Program-made: the position numbers and the translations under genes | Part shown: positions 40,065 through 50,375 of the stretch, piece after piece | How the letters are laid out: each line of letters opens with the position of its first letter | Numbering within the stretch: the stretch's first letter is position 1 | DNA from: Candidatus Poribacteria bacterium | GTDB lineage: Bacteria > Poribacteria > WGA-4E > JAJDTR01 | Reading direction: 5' to 3' | DNA: 64,000 nucleotides | Assembly (NCBI GenBank): GCA_965222225.1 | Contig: CBDCTK010000002.1 | Span: forward strand, 1,504,001 to 1,568,000 | Notes under the pieces: model-generated | Database searches by the model: none | Told to the model about the DNA's origin: nothing | Seen by the model: the letters and a program-made list of their open reading frames with translations, nothing else

Positions 40065-41078
40065 ATGAACTACGCCGAAGTCCTCTCCGAACTCGAAAAC
40101 CTCGTCAGCGAAACATTCGACCTCTGGGATCACAATCGCATCGGATTCCAATGGCAAAACTACACTTGGAATCACACCATGCGCGTCCGCGCCATGAGCA
40201 TCGAACTCGGTAGACGTGAAGGCGGCGACACCACGAAATTGGAGGTCGCCGGCACCCTGCACGACATCACCAAGCGATACGATGGCGAAATCCTCACCGA
40301 CGAAGGCGGCAAACGCGTTCTGGACCATAACGGATTCTGGTTAAACGAGCCTCTGGAACCGTCGCGAAGCAACGTCGTTACCCAGCTCTACCACGACAAC
40401 GACCTCTACGGGTCAGTCCACCACGAATCCGGTGCCGTCATCACGGAAAAGATTCTGGAGATGTACGACTTCGACCAGGACTTCGTCGACGCTGTTCGCG
40501 CCATCGTCTTGGCTCATCTGAAGCCGACAAACCTCGGCGACGAAGATTATGACATGCTCTATCGCAACATTGAAAACCAAATCCTGTATGACGTGGACAC
40601 GATAGATCCGAATCTCGGCTACACCGCCTTCTTCCGCAACGTCCACATCCACTCCTATTTTGCCCTCCGGCGCGACGGGTTCAATCTCGAAACCTATGTC
40701 CGCGGACTCCCCCGCTTTGTTGACACGAAACAGGAATTTGTCGGCAAACTGCTCACCGAATCCGCGCGCGAGATTGCCGAAGCGCGGCAGGATCGGAAGC
40801 GAGCGCTATTTGCGGAAATGAACGCCGAACTTGACGACATGCCCACCAACCGAAAATACGGTCTGCTCGGAGTCGTCGAATACTTCGTCGGCGAGACCGA
40901 AGACCCGCACTTTGCGCACCAACTCAACCACCTCAAATACGAATGGATCGCCAAGCGCCGCAAATGGATCGCCGAATCTGAAAAAAACGCCGCCGCCCGC
41001 GACAATGCCTCCGCGGCGCTTGACCGCGTCATCAACTTCACGTCCCTCCTGGAGCGCGAGGGTCAAGGGCTTATGTAG
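40065..41078 (+). CDS. HD-domain protein
   Basis: ATG 40065; NHTMRV, LHDITK, VHH, LAH, YDVD; upstream ORF extension lies in repeat DNA. Confidence 0.85.
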   Translation: MNYAEVLSELENLVSETFDLWDHNRIGFQWQNYTWNHTMRVRAMSIELGRREGGDTTKLEVAGTLHDITKRYDGEILTDEGGKRVLDHNGFWLNEPLEPSRSNVVTQLYHDNDLYGSVHHESGAVITEKILEMYDFDQDFVDAVRAIVLAHLKPTNLGDEDYDMLYRNIENQILYDVDTIDPNLGYTAFFRNVHIHSYFALRRDGFNLETYVRGLPRFVDTKQEFVGKLLTESAREIAEARQDRKRALFAEMNAELDDMPTNRKYGLLGVVEYFVGETEDPHFAHQLNHLKYEWIAKRRKWIAESEKNAAARDNASAALDRVINFTSLLEREGQGLM

Positions 41079-41520
41079 GGCGCCCACTATGTAGGGTGCG
41101 ATCAACCTATATGTAGGGTGCGCACTGCGCACCAGCCTTTTTTCATAGTCATCAACTTCACGACCCTCTTGTAGCGCGAAGCGCACGGACTAATATAAGG
41201 TGCGATCAACCTATATGTAGGGCGGGATCAAGCGAATGGATAATGAGCCGGATGGGCTATCGCGTTCGCTATTCACTCACTTGATCGATAGAACTCCCCC
41301 ATCCTTTTTTTACAATTGTTTGGTTTATCTGTAGGAGCGATCTCCGAATCGCGACTCTCCCGATCGCCTACCCACTCCGGAAGAGCGGCACGTCGATAGT
41401 TGTAGTTGTAGGGTGGGCACTGCCCACCATCCTTATGGTAATGGCTCCTAATGCAGTGCGGATGGAGATGGTGGGCGGTGGATCTCTATTGCAGTCATTA
41501 TCCATTCCTTTGATGGGTGC
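41074..41520. repeat. REP mosaic downstream of RAYT remnant
   Basis: GTAG REPs of three types and inverted hairpin doublet 41218-41286. Confidence 0.85.
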
Positions 41521-41569
41521 GTCCATTGTTGAATCAACATTGACAGGTTTGGTGTCACCTCCGCCACAA

Positions 41570-41914
41570 CTACTCTCCCACATTACTTTCGATGCGACTG
41601 AAATCGGGGATATGTGGATGGATATCATTACATGTACAACACCAATCCGCCGGATACCCTCCTCTTTTTACCCATTTATGAAAACTTGAGGGTGCCCACT
41701 GATGCGGACATTGAGCGTACCCGTGCCTCACAGGGTTATAATGGATGTAATCGAGATGGATCTGAAAATCCGCTTCGTCTCGAAGGGCATGTTCCCAAAA
41801 CCGACGTTGCCAAATGTTGCGCTCTCGGTGTTTTCGGCGGGAATTAGATTTGTCTTGTTCTAACCGGGGTGGTGGGAGAGATTTTGTGAATAGTGCTTTC
41901 AGCCTACCGACGCG
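41570..41914 (-). pseudogene. C-terminal half of a REP-associated tyrosine transposase (RAYT)
   Basis: GRLKALFTK, IWQRRFWEHALRDE.DF..HLDYIHYNPVRHG...W..SSF; N-terminal HUH half replaced by repeat DNA. Confidence 0.9.
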
Positions 41915-42792
41915 ACCCTCCCGATCGCCTACCCGCCCCGGAAGAGCGGCACGTCGATAGTTGTAGGGTGCGATCAACCTATATGTAGGGTGCGATCAAA
42001 GGAATGAATAATGACTGCGATTAACCTATATGTAGGGTGCGCACTGCGCACCAGCCTTTGGGGTTGATTCCACCATCCTTTGTAGGCGGAGCCTCTTGCT
42101 CCGCCGCTGCATTTGCCCAACCCGAATCGAAAGTCGCGATTCGCAGATGGAATGCACAAAGACTATCGCGCTCATTATCCATTCGCTTGATCGCACCAGC
42201 CTTTTCATAGTCATCAACTTCACGACCCACTTGGAGCGCGATAGAACTCTTACCATCCTTTTTACAATTGTTTTCTTTGGTTTATCAGTAGGAGCGATCT
42301 CCGAATCGCGACTCTCCCGATCGCCTACCCGCTCCGGAAGAGCAGCATGTCGATAGTTGTAGTTGTAGGGTGCGCACTGCGCCCCATCCTTTATACAATT
42401 GTTTTGTTTGGTTTATCTGTAGGAGCAATCTCCGAATCGCGACTCTCCCGATCGCCTACCCGCCCCGGAAGAGCGGCATGTCGATAGTTGTAGTTGTAGG
42501 GTGCGATTAACCTATATGTAGGGATCAACTGAGCGGATAGCGAAGGCGATAGTTCTTGTAGGGTGGGCACCGCTCACCCTCCTTTCTATGCAGAGCATCC
42601 TGCTCCGCCGCTGCATTTGCCCAACCCGAATCGAAAGTCGCGATTCGCAGATGGAATGCACAAAGACTATCGCGCTCATTATCCATTCGCTTGATCGCAC
42701 CAGCCTTTTCATTGTCATCAACTTCACGGCCCTCTTGGAGCGGCGACGCGCACGGGATTTACTATCGCGGTCGCTATCCGCTCCCTTGATCC
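41915..42792. repeat. Large REP mosaic upstream of RAYT remnant
   Basis: ~80-bp GTAGGAGCGATCTCCGAATCGCGAC module (41331, 42288, 42419, partial 41911), two composite units, five hairpin modules. Confidence 0.9.
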
Positions 42793-42796
42793 ACAC

Positions 42797-43297
42797 CTAA
42801 AATTGCGTCACACTGCTATAAATCTGGGTTTCGTTCAGGGTGTCCATAAACGGACCCTGCTTAGCTGTTCGAACCGTAACCGTCAAATTCCCGTTGTTCG
42901 TGTCCCGTTCGTCATCCTTCGAGATGAACGAATGCGGCACCTCACCGCGCAACAGCCGGTACGGACTCCCCGCATCGCGAGACCAGCGTAAATCGAGGAG
43001 CCGTCCGTCATAAATCTTAATCCCCTGCATTCCGCCGCGAATCGAGTAAATCCTGACATTCGTCGTGAACTCCGACTCCGAAATCGCGCTCACCCCAATC
43101 TGCGGCGTCAAGACACTCGGATTCCACAACAGCCGATTCCCTCGGTCATTAGTCAGATAAATACGAATATCAAGCCGCCCGAGCCGCGAAACCGAATCAA
43201 CCTCAATCCCCTCGAAATTCTGAATCCGCCCGGAGTCGCAACCAAACAACGCAACCGCGCACCCCAAAACAAGCCACCCCAATGATGCTCGAAACAT
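42797..43297 (-). CDS. Hypothetical lipoprotein
   Basis: ATG 43297 with GGAGG RBS; lipobox LFGC. Confidence 0.8.
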   Translation of the reverse strand: MFRASLGWLVLGCAVALFGCDSGRIQNFEGIEVDSVSRLGRLDIRIYLTNDRGNRLLWNPSVLTPQIGVSAISESEFTTNVRIYSIRGGMQGIKIYDGRLLDLRWSRDAGSPYRLLRGEVPHSFISKDDERDTNNGNLTVTVRTAKQGPFMDTLNETQIYSSVTQF

Positions 43298-43352
43298 TAT
43301 GTGCCTCCCCAAATCCTTACTATACAATATTGTATAACCGCCGCAACAAATC

Positions 43353-43382
43353 ATAATACCATCTCCCCGATTCCCCTGTCAA
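43353..43382 (-). promoter_or_regulatory. Sigma70-type promoter for the lipoprotein gene
   Basis: TTGACA-18-TATTAT with TGn extension. Confidence 0.6.
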
Positions 43383-43431
43383 CACAACACAAATTCAGAC
43401 GTTTGATAGCGCCTCACACAAACTGACCCCT

Positions 43432-43806
43432 CACCACTAATCACTCTCCACTGCCTTAACCACTCTGCACTGCCTTAACCACTCTGCACTGCCTTAACCA
43501 CTCACCACTGTCTTAACCACTCTGCACTGTCTTAACCACTCTCCACTGCCTTGATCACTCTCCACTGCCTTAACCACTCTCCACTGCCTTAACCACTCTG
43601 CACTGTCTTAACCACTCTGCACTGCCTTAACCACTCTCCACTGTCTTAACCACTCTGCACTGTCTTAACCACTCTGCACTGCCTTTAACCACTCTGCACT
43701 GCCTTAACCACTCTCCACTGTCTTAACCACTCTGCACTGTCTTAACCACTCTGCACTGCCTTTAACCACTCTCCACTGCCTTAACCACTCTCCACTGCCT
43801 TTAACC
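43432..43806 (+). repeat. 19-bp tandem repeat, about 19 copies
   Basis: Unit TTAACCACTCT(C/G)CACTG(C/T)C. Confidence 0.97.
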
Positions 43807-43914
43807 GTTTTCCATTTGCTTTCCCTCCCTCGTATCGGCTAAACTATCCCCAACCTAAACAGACGATATGACTCTCGATTCAAACGGGTCGCTAGCCACT
43901 GACCACCGCTTCTC

Positions 43915-44694
43915 ATGTCCCGACTCATCGCATTGATAACCCGCTACCTATACGCCGCGCTCGCCTGCCTCTATCTCTTCACGCTCGGCGTTTTCCGCGA
44001 AAAAAATCGGCTGCTAATCTCATCAATCTGTGCCCACTTCGGTTACGGCGAAAAAGCCCCCATACCTCTGCTCCCTACGGTTGAAATCTCTGAACTTGTC
44101 CCCGAGGAGCTCCCCATCCAAATCCGTGAACCGGTTGAAGCCGACGGCAACATCTCCCTTGTCGAGATTGCCGTTATCTCCAAACTCGTTAAATCTCGGA
44201 ATCCCGCCGCAATATTCGAAATCGGCACTTTTGACGGACGAACAACGCTAAACATGGCGGCGAACTCCCCTCCGGACGCCCGAATCTACACACTGGATCT
44301 CCCGAGCCAATCCAAGACCGAGTTGCCAATCGACCGCGGCGAGGAAAAATACATCGACAAAGACGCCTCGGGGGCACGATTCATCGGCACGGACTGCGAA
44401 TCGAAAATAACCCAACTCCACGGCGATTCCGCCACCTTTGATTTTTCGCCCTATCGCGATACGGTAGACATGATATTTGTGGACGGCGCCCACTCCTACG
44501 AATACGTGCTCCACGATTCGCGGGGTGCCCTCAAACTCTTAAAGGATGGGAAGGGTTTGATTCTGTGGCACGATTATGATAAGATTTGGTGGAGCGGTTT
44601 GACCAATGCCTTGAACGAACTCTATACGGAACAAAACGAATTCGGCGGCGCGATGCACATCAACGGCACTTCATTGGTCTGCCTTATCCTGTAA
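43915..44694 (+). CDS. Class I SAM-dependent methyltransferase
   Basis: IFEIGTFDGRTT, YTLDL, GDSA, FVDGAHSY, LWHDY. Confidence 0.9.
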   Translation: MSRLIALITRYLYAALACLYLFTLGVFREKNRLLISSICAHFGYGEKAPIPLLPTVEISELVPEELPIQIREPVEADGNISLVEIAVISKLVKSRNPAAIFEIGTFDGRTTLNMAANSPPDARIYTLDLPSQSKTELPIDRGEEKYIDKDASGARFIGTDCESKITQLHGDSATFDFSPYRDTVDMIFVDGAHSYEYVLHDSRGALKLLKDGKGLILWHDYDKIWWSGLTNALNELYTEQNEFGGAMHINGTSLVCLIL

Positions 44695-44747
44695 CGTAAT
44701 GCTAACATTAACGTATATAGGGAATGTTAATATATTGATGGATTTGG

Positions 44748-44886
44748 CGCGATCAACTGAGCGATCAACTGAGCGAATAGCGAAGGCGATAGTTCTTGTA
44801 GCGATAGAGATCTTCTAGCGAGGATCAAGCGAATGGCTAATGAGTGCGATAGTGAATCCTGATAGAAAGTCTTGATAGAGATCCCC
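44748..44886 (+). repeat. GA-hairpin mosaic
   Basis: Hairpin modules at 44763 and 44823 plus fragments. Confidence 0.85.
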
Positions 44887-45031
44887 TTGCCCCGACTGAA
44901 TAGTGAAATCCCGATTCCCGACTGGTCTGCTTTATCCTGTATCACAATCGTAAAATGGACGTATCCATCCCTGAACAATCAACTTTTTGCATGATCGACT
45001 AGCCACTAGTCACTAACCACTGTCTTTCGCC

Positions 45032-46006
45032 ATGCCCCAACACGACTTCGATTCCATTCTCCTCGTGGCATTCGGCGGCCCCACCCCCGGCTGCTGCCAC
45101 AAATACAATTCCTGTCCCGGCGAAGCGCACTGTTTCGTCGAAGGTATCGCGGGAGCGTCGCTGTCAAAAGCGGCGCGCGTCAAAGAGGTCGCCAACCATT
45201 ACACATTACTCGGCGGATTCTCACCGTTCAACGAATTGACAAAGGGCCAAGCCGACGCGCTCGGCGCCGCGCTAACCGCGAGAGGCGTTGATGTCCCCGT
45301 GTACACCGGGTTCCGTCACTGGTCTCCTTACGTGCGCGAGGTCATCCCGCAAATGGTGGAGAACGGACACCGTAACATCCTTGCAATCATCATGGCGCCG
45401 CACCAGTCCAAAGTCAGTTGGGACTGGTACCAGCAGACCGTGACCGAAGCCATCGATAACCTTGAGGGAGATAAACCCGTCGTCAACTACCTTGAGCCGT
45501 GGTTTCGAAGCAGAGGTTACATCACGGCGATTACCGAACTTATCCGCGAGGCTTGCAAAGATCTCCAACCTTCGGAATTCGAAAATGCCGCACTCGTTTT
45601 CACCGCGCACGCCATCCCGAAAACCGCCGCAAAAGCGTCGCCCTACACCGGGCAATTTCGTCGCACTGCCGGGTTGGTAACCGCGCAACTCGGTCGAGAA
45701 CTGTTCGATCTCGCCTACCAAAGCGCGCCCGATAATCCTTCTGTCCCTTGGATGCAGCCCGACATCAACGCCCTCATCCGCGAACGCTATCGCAAACACG
45801 TGGACACCGTCATCGCGTCCCCGATCGGCTTCCTATGCGACCACGTCGAAATCCTCTACGACCTCGATCACGAAGCCCATGCCACCGCCGCGCACTACGA
45901 CATTAACTTCGTCCGCGCCGGCACTGTCGGAACCCACCCCGCCTTCATCGACATGCTCGCCGACCACTGCTGCGACGAAGTCTACACAGAACATCCGCCC
46001 CAATAG
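45032..46006 (+). CDS. hemH: Ferrochelatase (probably coproporphyrin ferrochelatase)
   Basis: LLVAFGGP, HY..GGFSP, RHWSP, FTAHAIP, AYQS...W.QP, PIGFLCDHVEILYDLD. Confidence 0.93.
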   Translation: MPQHDFDSILLVAFGGPTPGCCHKYNSCPGEAHCFVEGIAGASLSKAARVKEVANHYTLLGGFSPFNELTKGQADALGAALTARGVDVPVYTGFRHWSPYVREVIPQMVENGHRNILAIIMAPHQSKVSWDWYQQTVTEAIDNLEGDKPVVNYLEPWFRSRGYITAITELIREACKDLQPSEFENAALVFTAHAIPKTAAKASPYTGQFRRTAGLVTAQLGRELFDLAYQSAPDNPSVPWMQPDINALIRERYRKHVDTVIASPIGFLCDHVEILYDLDHEAHATAAHYDINFVRAGTVGTHPAFIDMLADHCCDEVYTEHPPQ

Positions 46007-46009
46007 TTG

Positions 46010-46305
46010 TCTTGTACGGTGCGATCAAAGGAATGAATAATGACCGATCAACCGAGTGAACAGCGAGGGCGATAGTCTTGTAGGATCAAGCGACCGATCA
46101 ACTGAGCGAATAGCGAAGGCGATAGAGATCTTCTAGGGAGCGCGATAGAACTCGTACCAGCCTTTGGGGTTGATTCCACCATCCATTGTAGGCGCGAATC
46201 CCCTTGCTCCGCCGCTGCATTTGCCCAACCCGAATCGAAAGCCGCGTTTCGCAGACGGAATCCACCAAGACTATCGCGCTCATTATCCATTCGCTTGATC
46301 CCCGC
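46010..46305. repeat. REP/GA-hairpin mosaic with composite unit
   Basis: Three forward modules, one reverse module 46271-46300. Confidence 0.85.
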
Positions 46306-46328
46306 CCCACTCCACACCCTTTTTCCTC

Positions 46329-46357
46329 TTGACATCATCGCCAAAATGGCCTATAAT
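46329..46357 (+). promoter_or_regulatory. Perfect consensus sigma70 promoter
   Basis: TTGACA-17-TATAAT; 9-bp inverted repeat ATCATCGCC/GGCGATGAT brackets the -10. Confidence 0.85.
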
Positions 46358-46393
46358 TGCTAACTGTTCGGCGATGATAAGGAGGAACGCACG

Positions 46394-46795
46394 GTGATTA
46401 CACCCCCACAAATCGCATTGGTAGTGACGAACCTCGTCGCAGTCGTGGGAATTGTCTATTACATGTCAACAGTCTTGGGCAAGCGGATAGATGCGCTCGA
46501 CAAGCGCATGGACGATTTGAATGTCAATATGAATGCCCGATTCAGCGATATGAATGCCCGGTTCAGCGATATGAATGCCCGGTTCAGCGATATGAATGTG
46601 CGATTCAATGAGTTAAGCCACCAAATAGACACCCGCATCGACGATATGAGCACAAATATTAATACCCGTTTTGACGACCTCCGCACCCAGATGAACCGCG
46701 AGCACGACGCCTTATCCAAAAAGGTCGACACCCTGACCCACACCGTCACCGACCACATCGCCGACCAATCAATTCACCAAGACCCACGAGTCTAA
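46394..46795 (+). CDS. Membrane-anchored coiled-coil protein, paralogue 1
   Basis: RBS AAGGAGG; N-terminal TM; MNARFSD heptads on 21-nt repeats; DDLR.QMNREHD...IHQ.PRV. Confidence 0.85.
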   Translation: MITPPQIALVVTNLVAVVGIVYYMSTVLGKRIDALDKRMDDLNVNMNARFSDMNARFSDMNARFSDMNVRFNELSHQIDTRIDDMSTNINTRFDDLRTQMNREHDALSKKVDTLTHTVTDHIADQSIHQDPRV

Positions 46796-46861
46796 TCCCC
46801 TCCAATCCTTCCCCTCTTCCAATCTGCATTGCGTCAATCCCTCTATATTCTTATACCTTGT

Positions 46862-47250
46862 TGTAGGATCAAGCGACCGAATAGGGAGCGCGATAGTTCT
46901 TGTAGGATCAAGCGAGTGGATAACGAGCGATCAAAGGAATGAATAATGACTGCGATAGCTATATGTAGCTATATGTAGGATCAAACGACCGAATAGGGAG
47001 CGATCAAAGGAATGAATAATGACTGCGATAGAAATCCCACCAGCCTTTGGGGTTGATTCCACCATCCATTGTAGGCAGAGCATCTTACTCCGCCGCTGCA
47101 TTTGCACACCCCGATCGAAAGCCGCGATTCGCAGACGGAATCCACCAAGACTATCGCGCTCATTATCCATTCGCTTGATCGCACCCTACATATGACTCCA
47201 CTACGTTCAACCGTTTTCTCCACTCACCACTCACCACTCACCACTGCTTT
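46862..47250. repeat. REP/GA-hairpin mosaic plus CCACTCA tract
   Basis: Five forward and one reverse module; heptamers at 47218-47246. Confidence 0.85.
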
Positions 47251-47326
47251 TCCTTGTCTTCCCGCCCCATTCCACATATACTTATATTAACGTATAAATA
47301 ATCCCCTTCGCCGGCCCCCTACTCCA

Positions 47327-48322
47327 ATGCCCTACCCCCTACTCCTCCTCCTATCCCTCGCGAACGCCCAACTGGGCTACGACGACATCAACCTCGAATT
47401 TAAGCGAGGCAAATGCCGAAGCTGCCACCCCGCCATCTGGCGCGAATGGAGCGGCTCCATGCACGCCAAAGCCTGGACCGACCCCATCTACCAAGCCGCC
47501 GCGAACCAAATCGCGGACCGCGAAAAATCCTGCGACCCCTGCCACGCGCCCGAACCCATCCTCATCACCGGGATCGGCGATTTTCCGAAACTCCGACCCG
47601 ATGACCGCGAGAGCGGCGTCACCTGCCTCGTGTGCCACGTCGACGCCGACGGCGCCATGCACGGACCGCCCGCCAGCACCGATGCGCTGTTCCACGCCAA
47701 CGTCACCGACGAAGCCCACACCAAACCGACCAAACTCTGCGCCACCTGTCATGGCCAACCGAGCGTCCCCGAACACAACCAGCTTGAAAGCTTCAAAGGC
47801 AGCCCCGCCGACAAGTCCGGCAAATCCTGCGCGCACTGCCACATGCCCCGCGTCACGCGCCTGCAAAGCGTCCGGAGCTACGAGGAGATTTCCGGCAGGC
47901 GCCATACATGGGACGGCAGCCGCAGCGTTGCCATGCTCAAACGCGCCGCCGATCTCGAGGTCAAGGTAACCGGCGGCATCGCCTACGTCTCAATCCGAAA
48001 CAAAGCCGGACACAAGCTTCCCGGCGAAGCGTTACGCACACTGACGCTCCAAGTCGGCATCTCCGCCGCGGATGGCGAGCGAATGCGCCAAGAGCAGGTA
48101 ACCATCTCCGCCGCCTCCGGAGATACCGGCGGCGACAACCGCTTGGCAGCCGACGAAACGCGCACCTTCCAATTCCCGCTCAACGGCGGGCGACGAGTTC
48201 ACGCGTCACTCCTCTACCGCCTCACCCCGACAACCCCCGAATCCGAATCCATCACCATGGCGGAGTCAACCCACCCACAGCCCGTTGATACGGCGCAATC
48301 AACCGATCAAACGAGTGAATAA
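47327..48322 (+). CDS. Pentaheme c-type cytochrome
   Basis: CRSCH, CDPCH, CLVCH, CATCH, CAHCH; EW..SMHA; N.AGH.LPG. Confidence 0.9.
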   Translation: MPYPLLLLLSLANAQLGYDDINLEFKRGKCRSCHPAIWREWSGSMHAKAWTDPIYQAAANQIADREKSCDPCHAPEPILITGIGDFPKLRPDDRESGVTCLVCHVDADGAMHGPPASTDALFHANVTDEAHTKPTKLCATCHGQPSVPEHNQLESFKGSPADKSGKSCAHCHMPRVTRLQSVRSYEEISGRRHTWDGSRSVAMLKRAADLEVKVTGGIAYVSIRNKAGHKLPGEALRTLTLQVGISAADGERMRQEQVTISAASGDTGGDNRLAADETRTFQFPLNGGRRVHASLLYRLTPTTPESESITMAESTHPQPVDTAQSTDQTSE

Positions 48323-48810
48323 CGAGTGATCAAAGGAATGAATAATGACTGCGATAGCTATATGTAGCTATATGTAGGGTGGGCATTGCCCACCAGCCTT
48401 TTTCCCTATTGATATCCTGCCCCGCCGCTGCATTTGCACAACCCGCGTCGAAAGCCGCGATTCGCAGATGGAATCCACCAAGACTATCGCCTTCCCTATC
48501 CAGTCAGTTGATCCCACCAGCCTTTTTCCCTATTGATATCCTGCCCCGCCGCTGCATTTGCACAACCCGCGTCGAAAGCCGCGATTCGCAGACGGAATCC
48601 ACAAAGACTATCGCCTTCCCTATCCAGTCAGTTGATCCCACCAGCCTTTTTCCTTGTGCGGGCGAGGAGACCTCGCCCCTACGATGGATACGGTCACACA
48701 TGCGCATCCGTCGGGGTTAGCTATCGTCCTCGTTGTTCACTCGGTTGATCGATAGAGATCCCCTTGCTCCGCCCGAATGTTTGTCGCGACCTGGAGATCG
48801 CTCCTACAGG
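48305..48810. repeat. REP mosaic with two tandem 124-bp units
   Basis: CACCAGCC at 48391, 48515, 48639; inverted REP near 48785-48808. Confidence 0.9.
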
Positions 48811-48857
48811 CTGTCGAACCTCCGGCGCTTTTCCGCACAGACGGCTGTCTTTTCCGA

Positions 48858-48886
48858 TTGACATCAATGACACCGTCGGTTATAAT
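48858..48886 (+). promoter_or_regulatory. Perfect consensus sigma70 promoter
   Basis: TTGACA-17-TATAAT upstream of ATG 48957. Confidence 0.85.
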
Positions 48887-48956
48887 TCTCTGCCGCAAGC
48901 GCCCTGCGCCGCGCGCTCCGAACACGGCACGTACCACTATACGACGAGGCATATTC

Positions 48957-49463
48957 ATGGATTGGACACTCACCGCACAAATAGTAGCGATCGTGGCCAT
49001 ATACTTGGGCGGCATTTTAGGCATTGGACGCTTCGTGACGCAATCGCTAGGCAAGCGGATAGACGATCTGAAGTCAATGACAGAGTCCGACCATCTTGCC
49101 GTTGCCAGGATGATTCAAGGACTTGACAAGCGTATAGACGGTCTCGACAAGCGTATAGACGGTCTCGACAAGCGTATAGACGGTCTCGACAAGCGTATAG
49201 ACGGTCTCGACAAGCGGATAGGCGATCTTGGCTCCAACATGAATGAGCGCTTCGGCGATGTGAACAACCGAATCGGCGATCTTGACAAGCGGATAGACGA
49301 TCTTGGCTCCAACATGAACGCGCGGTTCAGCGAAATGAATGCGAACATAAATGCACGGGTCGACGACCTCCGATCACAAATGAACCGCGAACACGACAAC
49401 CTCTCCCAAAAAATCGACGCCCACATCACGAATCAAGAAATCCATCAGACCCCGCGAGTTTGA
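48957..49463 (+). CDS. Membrane-anchored coiled-coil protein, paralogue 2
   Basis: ATG 48957; TM; GLDKRID heptads on 21-nt repeats; shared C-terminus. Confidence 0.85.
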   Translation: MDWTLTAQIVAIVAIYLGGILGIGRFVTQSLGKRIDDLKSMTESDHLAVARMIQGLDKRIDGLDKRIDGLDKRIDGLDKRIDGLDKRIGDLGSNMNERFGDVNNRIGDLDKRIDDLGSNMNARFSEMNANINARVDDLRSQMNREHDNLSQKIDAHITNQEIHQTPRV

Positions 49464-49701
49464 GGATAACCCGTCTACGGGTGCGATCGGGTATCATCAA
49501 ATCCCCGATTTCCCTTCATATCGCGCACCACCCTTTGTAGCCGGCAATCAACCGACTGAATACTATTATGTAGGGTGCACATTATGTAGGGTGCGCACTG
49601 CGCACCAGCCTTTTTCCTTATTGATAACCAAACCCGTGCAATAGCCCATCTTGCTCATTGTCCGTTCCCTTGAGGAATCTCTATCGCGCTCGCTTGCTCC
49701 C

Positions 49702-49730
49702 TTGACACCATCACCAAAATAGGCTATGAT
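49702..49730 (+). promoter_or_regulatory. Sigma70 promoter
   Basis: TTGACA-17-TATGAT, duplicated at 50285. Confidence 0.8.
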
Positions 49731-49792
49731 TTGTATGCACCGAGATAATAGTAAGTCCAACCGTCATAACTTATGAGAAGGAGTATTGAATC

Positions 49793-50203
49793 GTGTCCTT
49801 GAAGGAACTCATACCGCTACTGGCACTCGTCGTTACGAATCTGGTTGCAGTGGCGGGAATTGTCTATTATATGGCATCCACGCTAGGCAAGCGAATAGGC
49901 GATCTTGATAAGCGAATAGACGGTCTTGACAAGCGTATAGACAGTCTTGATAAGCGAATAGACGGTCTTGACAAGCGAATAGACGATCTTGGCTCCAATA
50001 TGAATGAGCGCTTCAGCGATCTGAACGCGAATCTCAACGCGCGGTTCAGCGAAATCAATGCGAATATAAATGCCCGGGTCGACGACCTCCGGTCACAAAT
50101 GAACCGCGAACACGATAACCTCGCCCGAAAAGTCGACAGCCTGACCGACACTGTCACCGCCCACATCACGAATCAAGAAATCCACCAGCCCCCGCGAGTC
50201 TAA
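49793..50203 (+). CDS. Membrane-anchored coiled-coil protein, paralogue 3
   Basis: RBS AAGGAG, GTG start, TM, LDKRID heptads. Confidence 0.85.
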   Translation: MSLKELIPLLALVVTNLVAVAGIVYYMASTLGKRIGDLDKRIDGLDKRIDSLDKRIDGLDKRIDDLGSNMNERFSDLNANLNARFSEINANINARVDDLRSQMNREHDNLARKVDSLTDTVTAHITNQEIHQPPRV

Positions 50204-50284
50204 TCCCCTCCTTCCCCTCTTCCATCCTTCCCCCTCACCACTGCTTTTCCCCCCTCCCCACTGCCTTTCCCACTGCTTTCCGCC

Positions 50285-50313
50285 TTGACACCATCACCAA
50301 AATAGGCTATGAT
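50285..50313 (+). promoter_or_regulatory. Sigma70 promoter (duplicate)
   Basis: TTGACA-17-TATGAT identical to 49702-49730. Confidence 0.8.
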
Positions 50314-50375
50314 TTGGTATGCACCGAGACAATAGTAAGTCCAACCGTCATAACTATGAGAAGGAGTATTGAATC

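Noticed and set aside
43432-43806. CRISPR array
   Set aside because: Contiguous units without unique spacers; no cas genes
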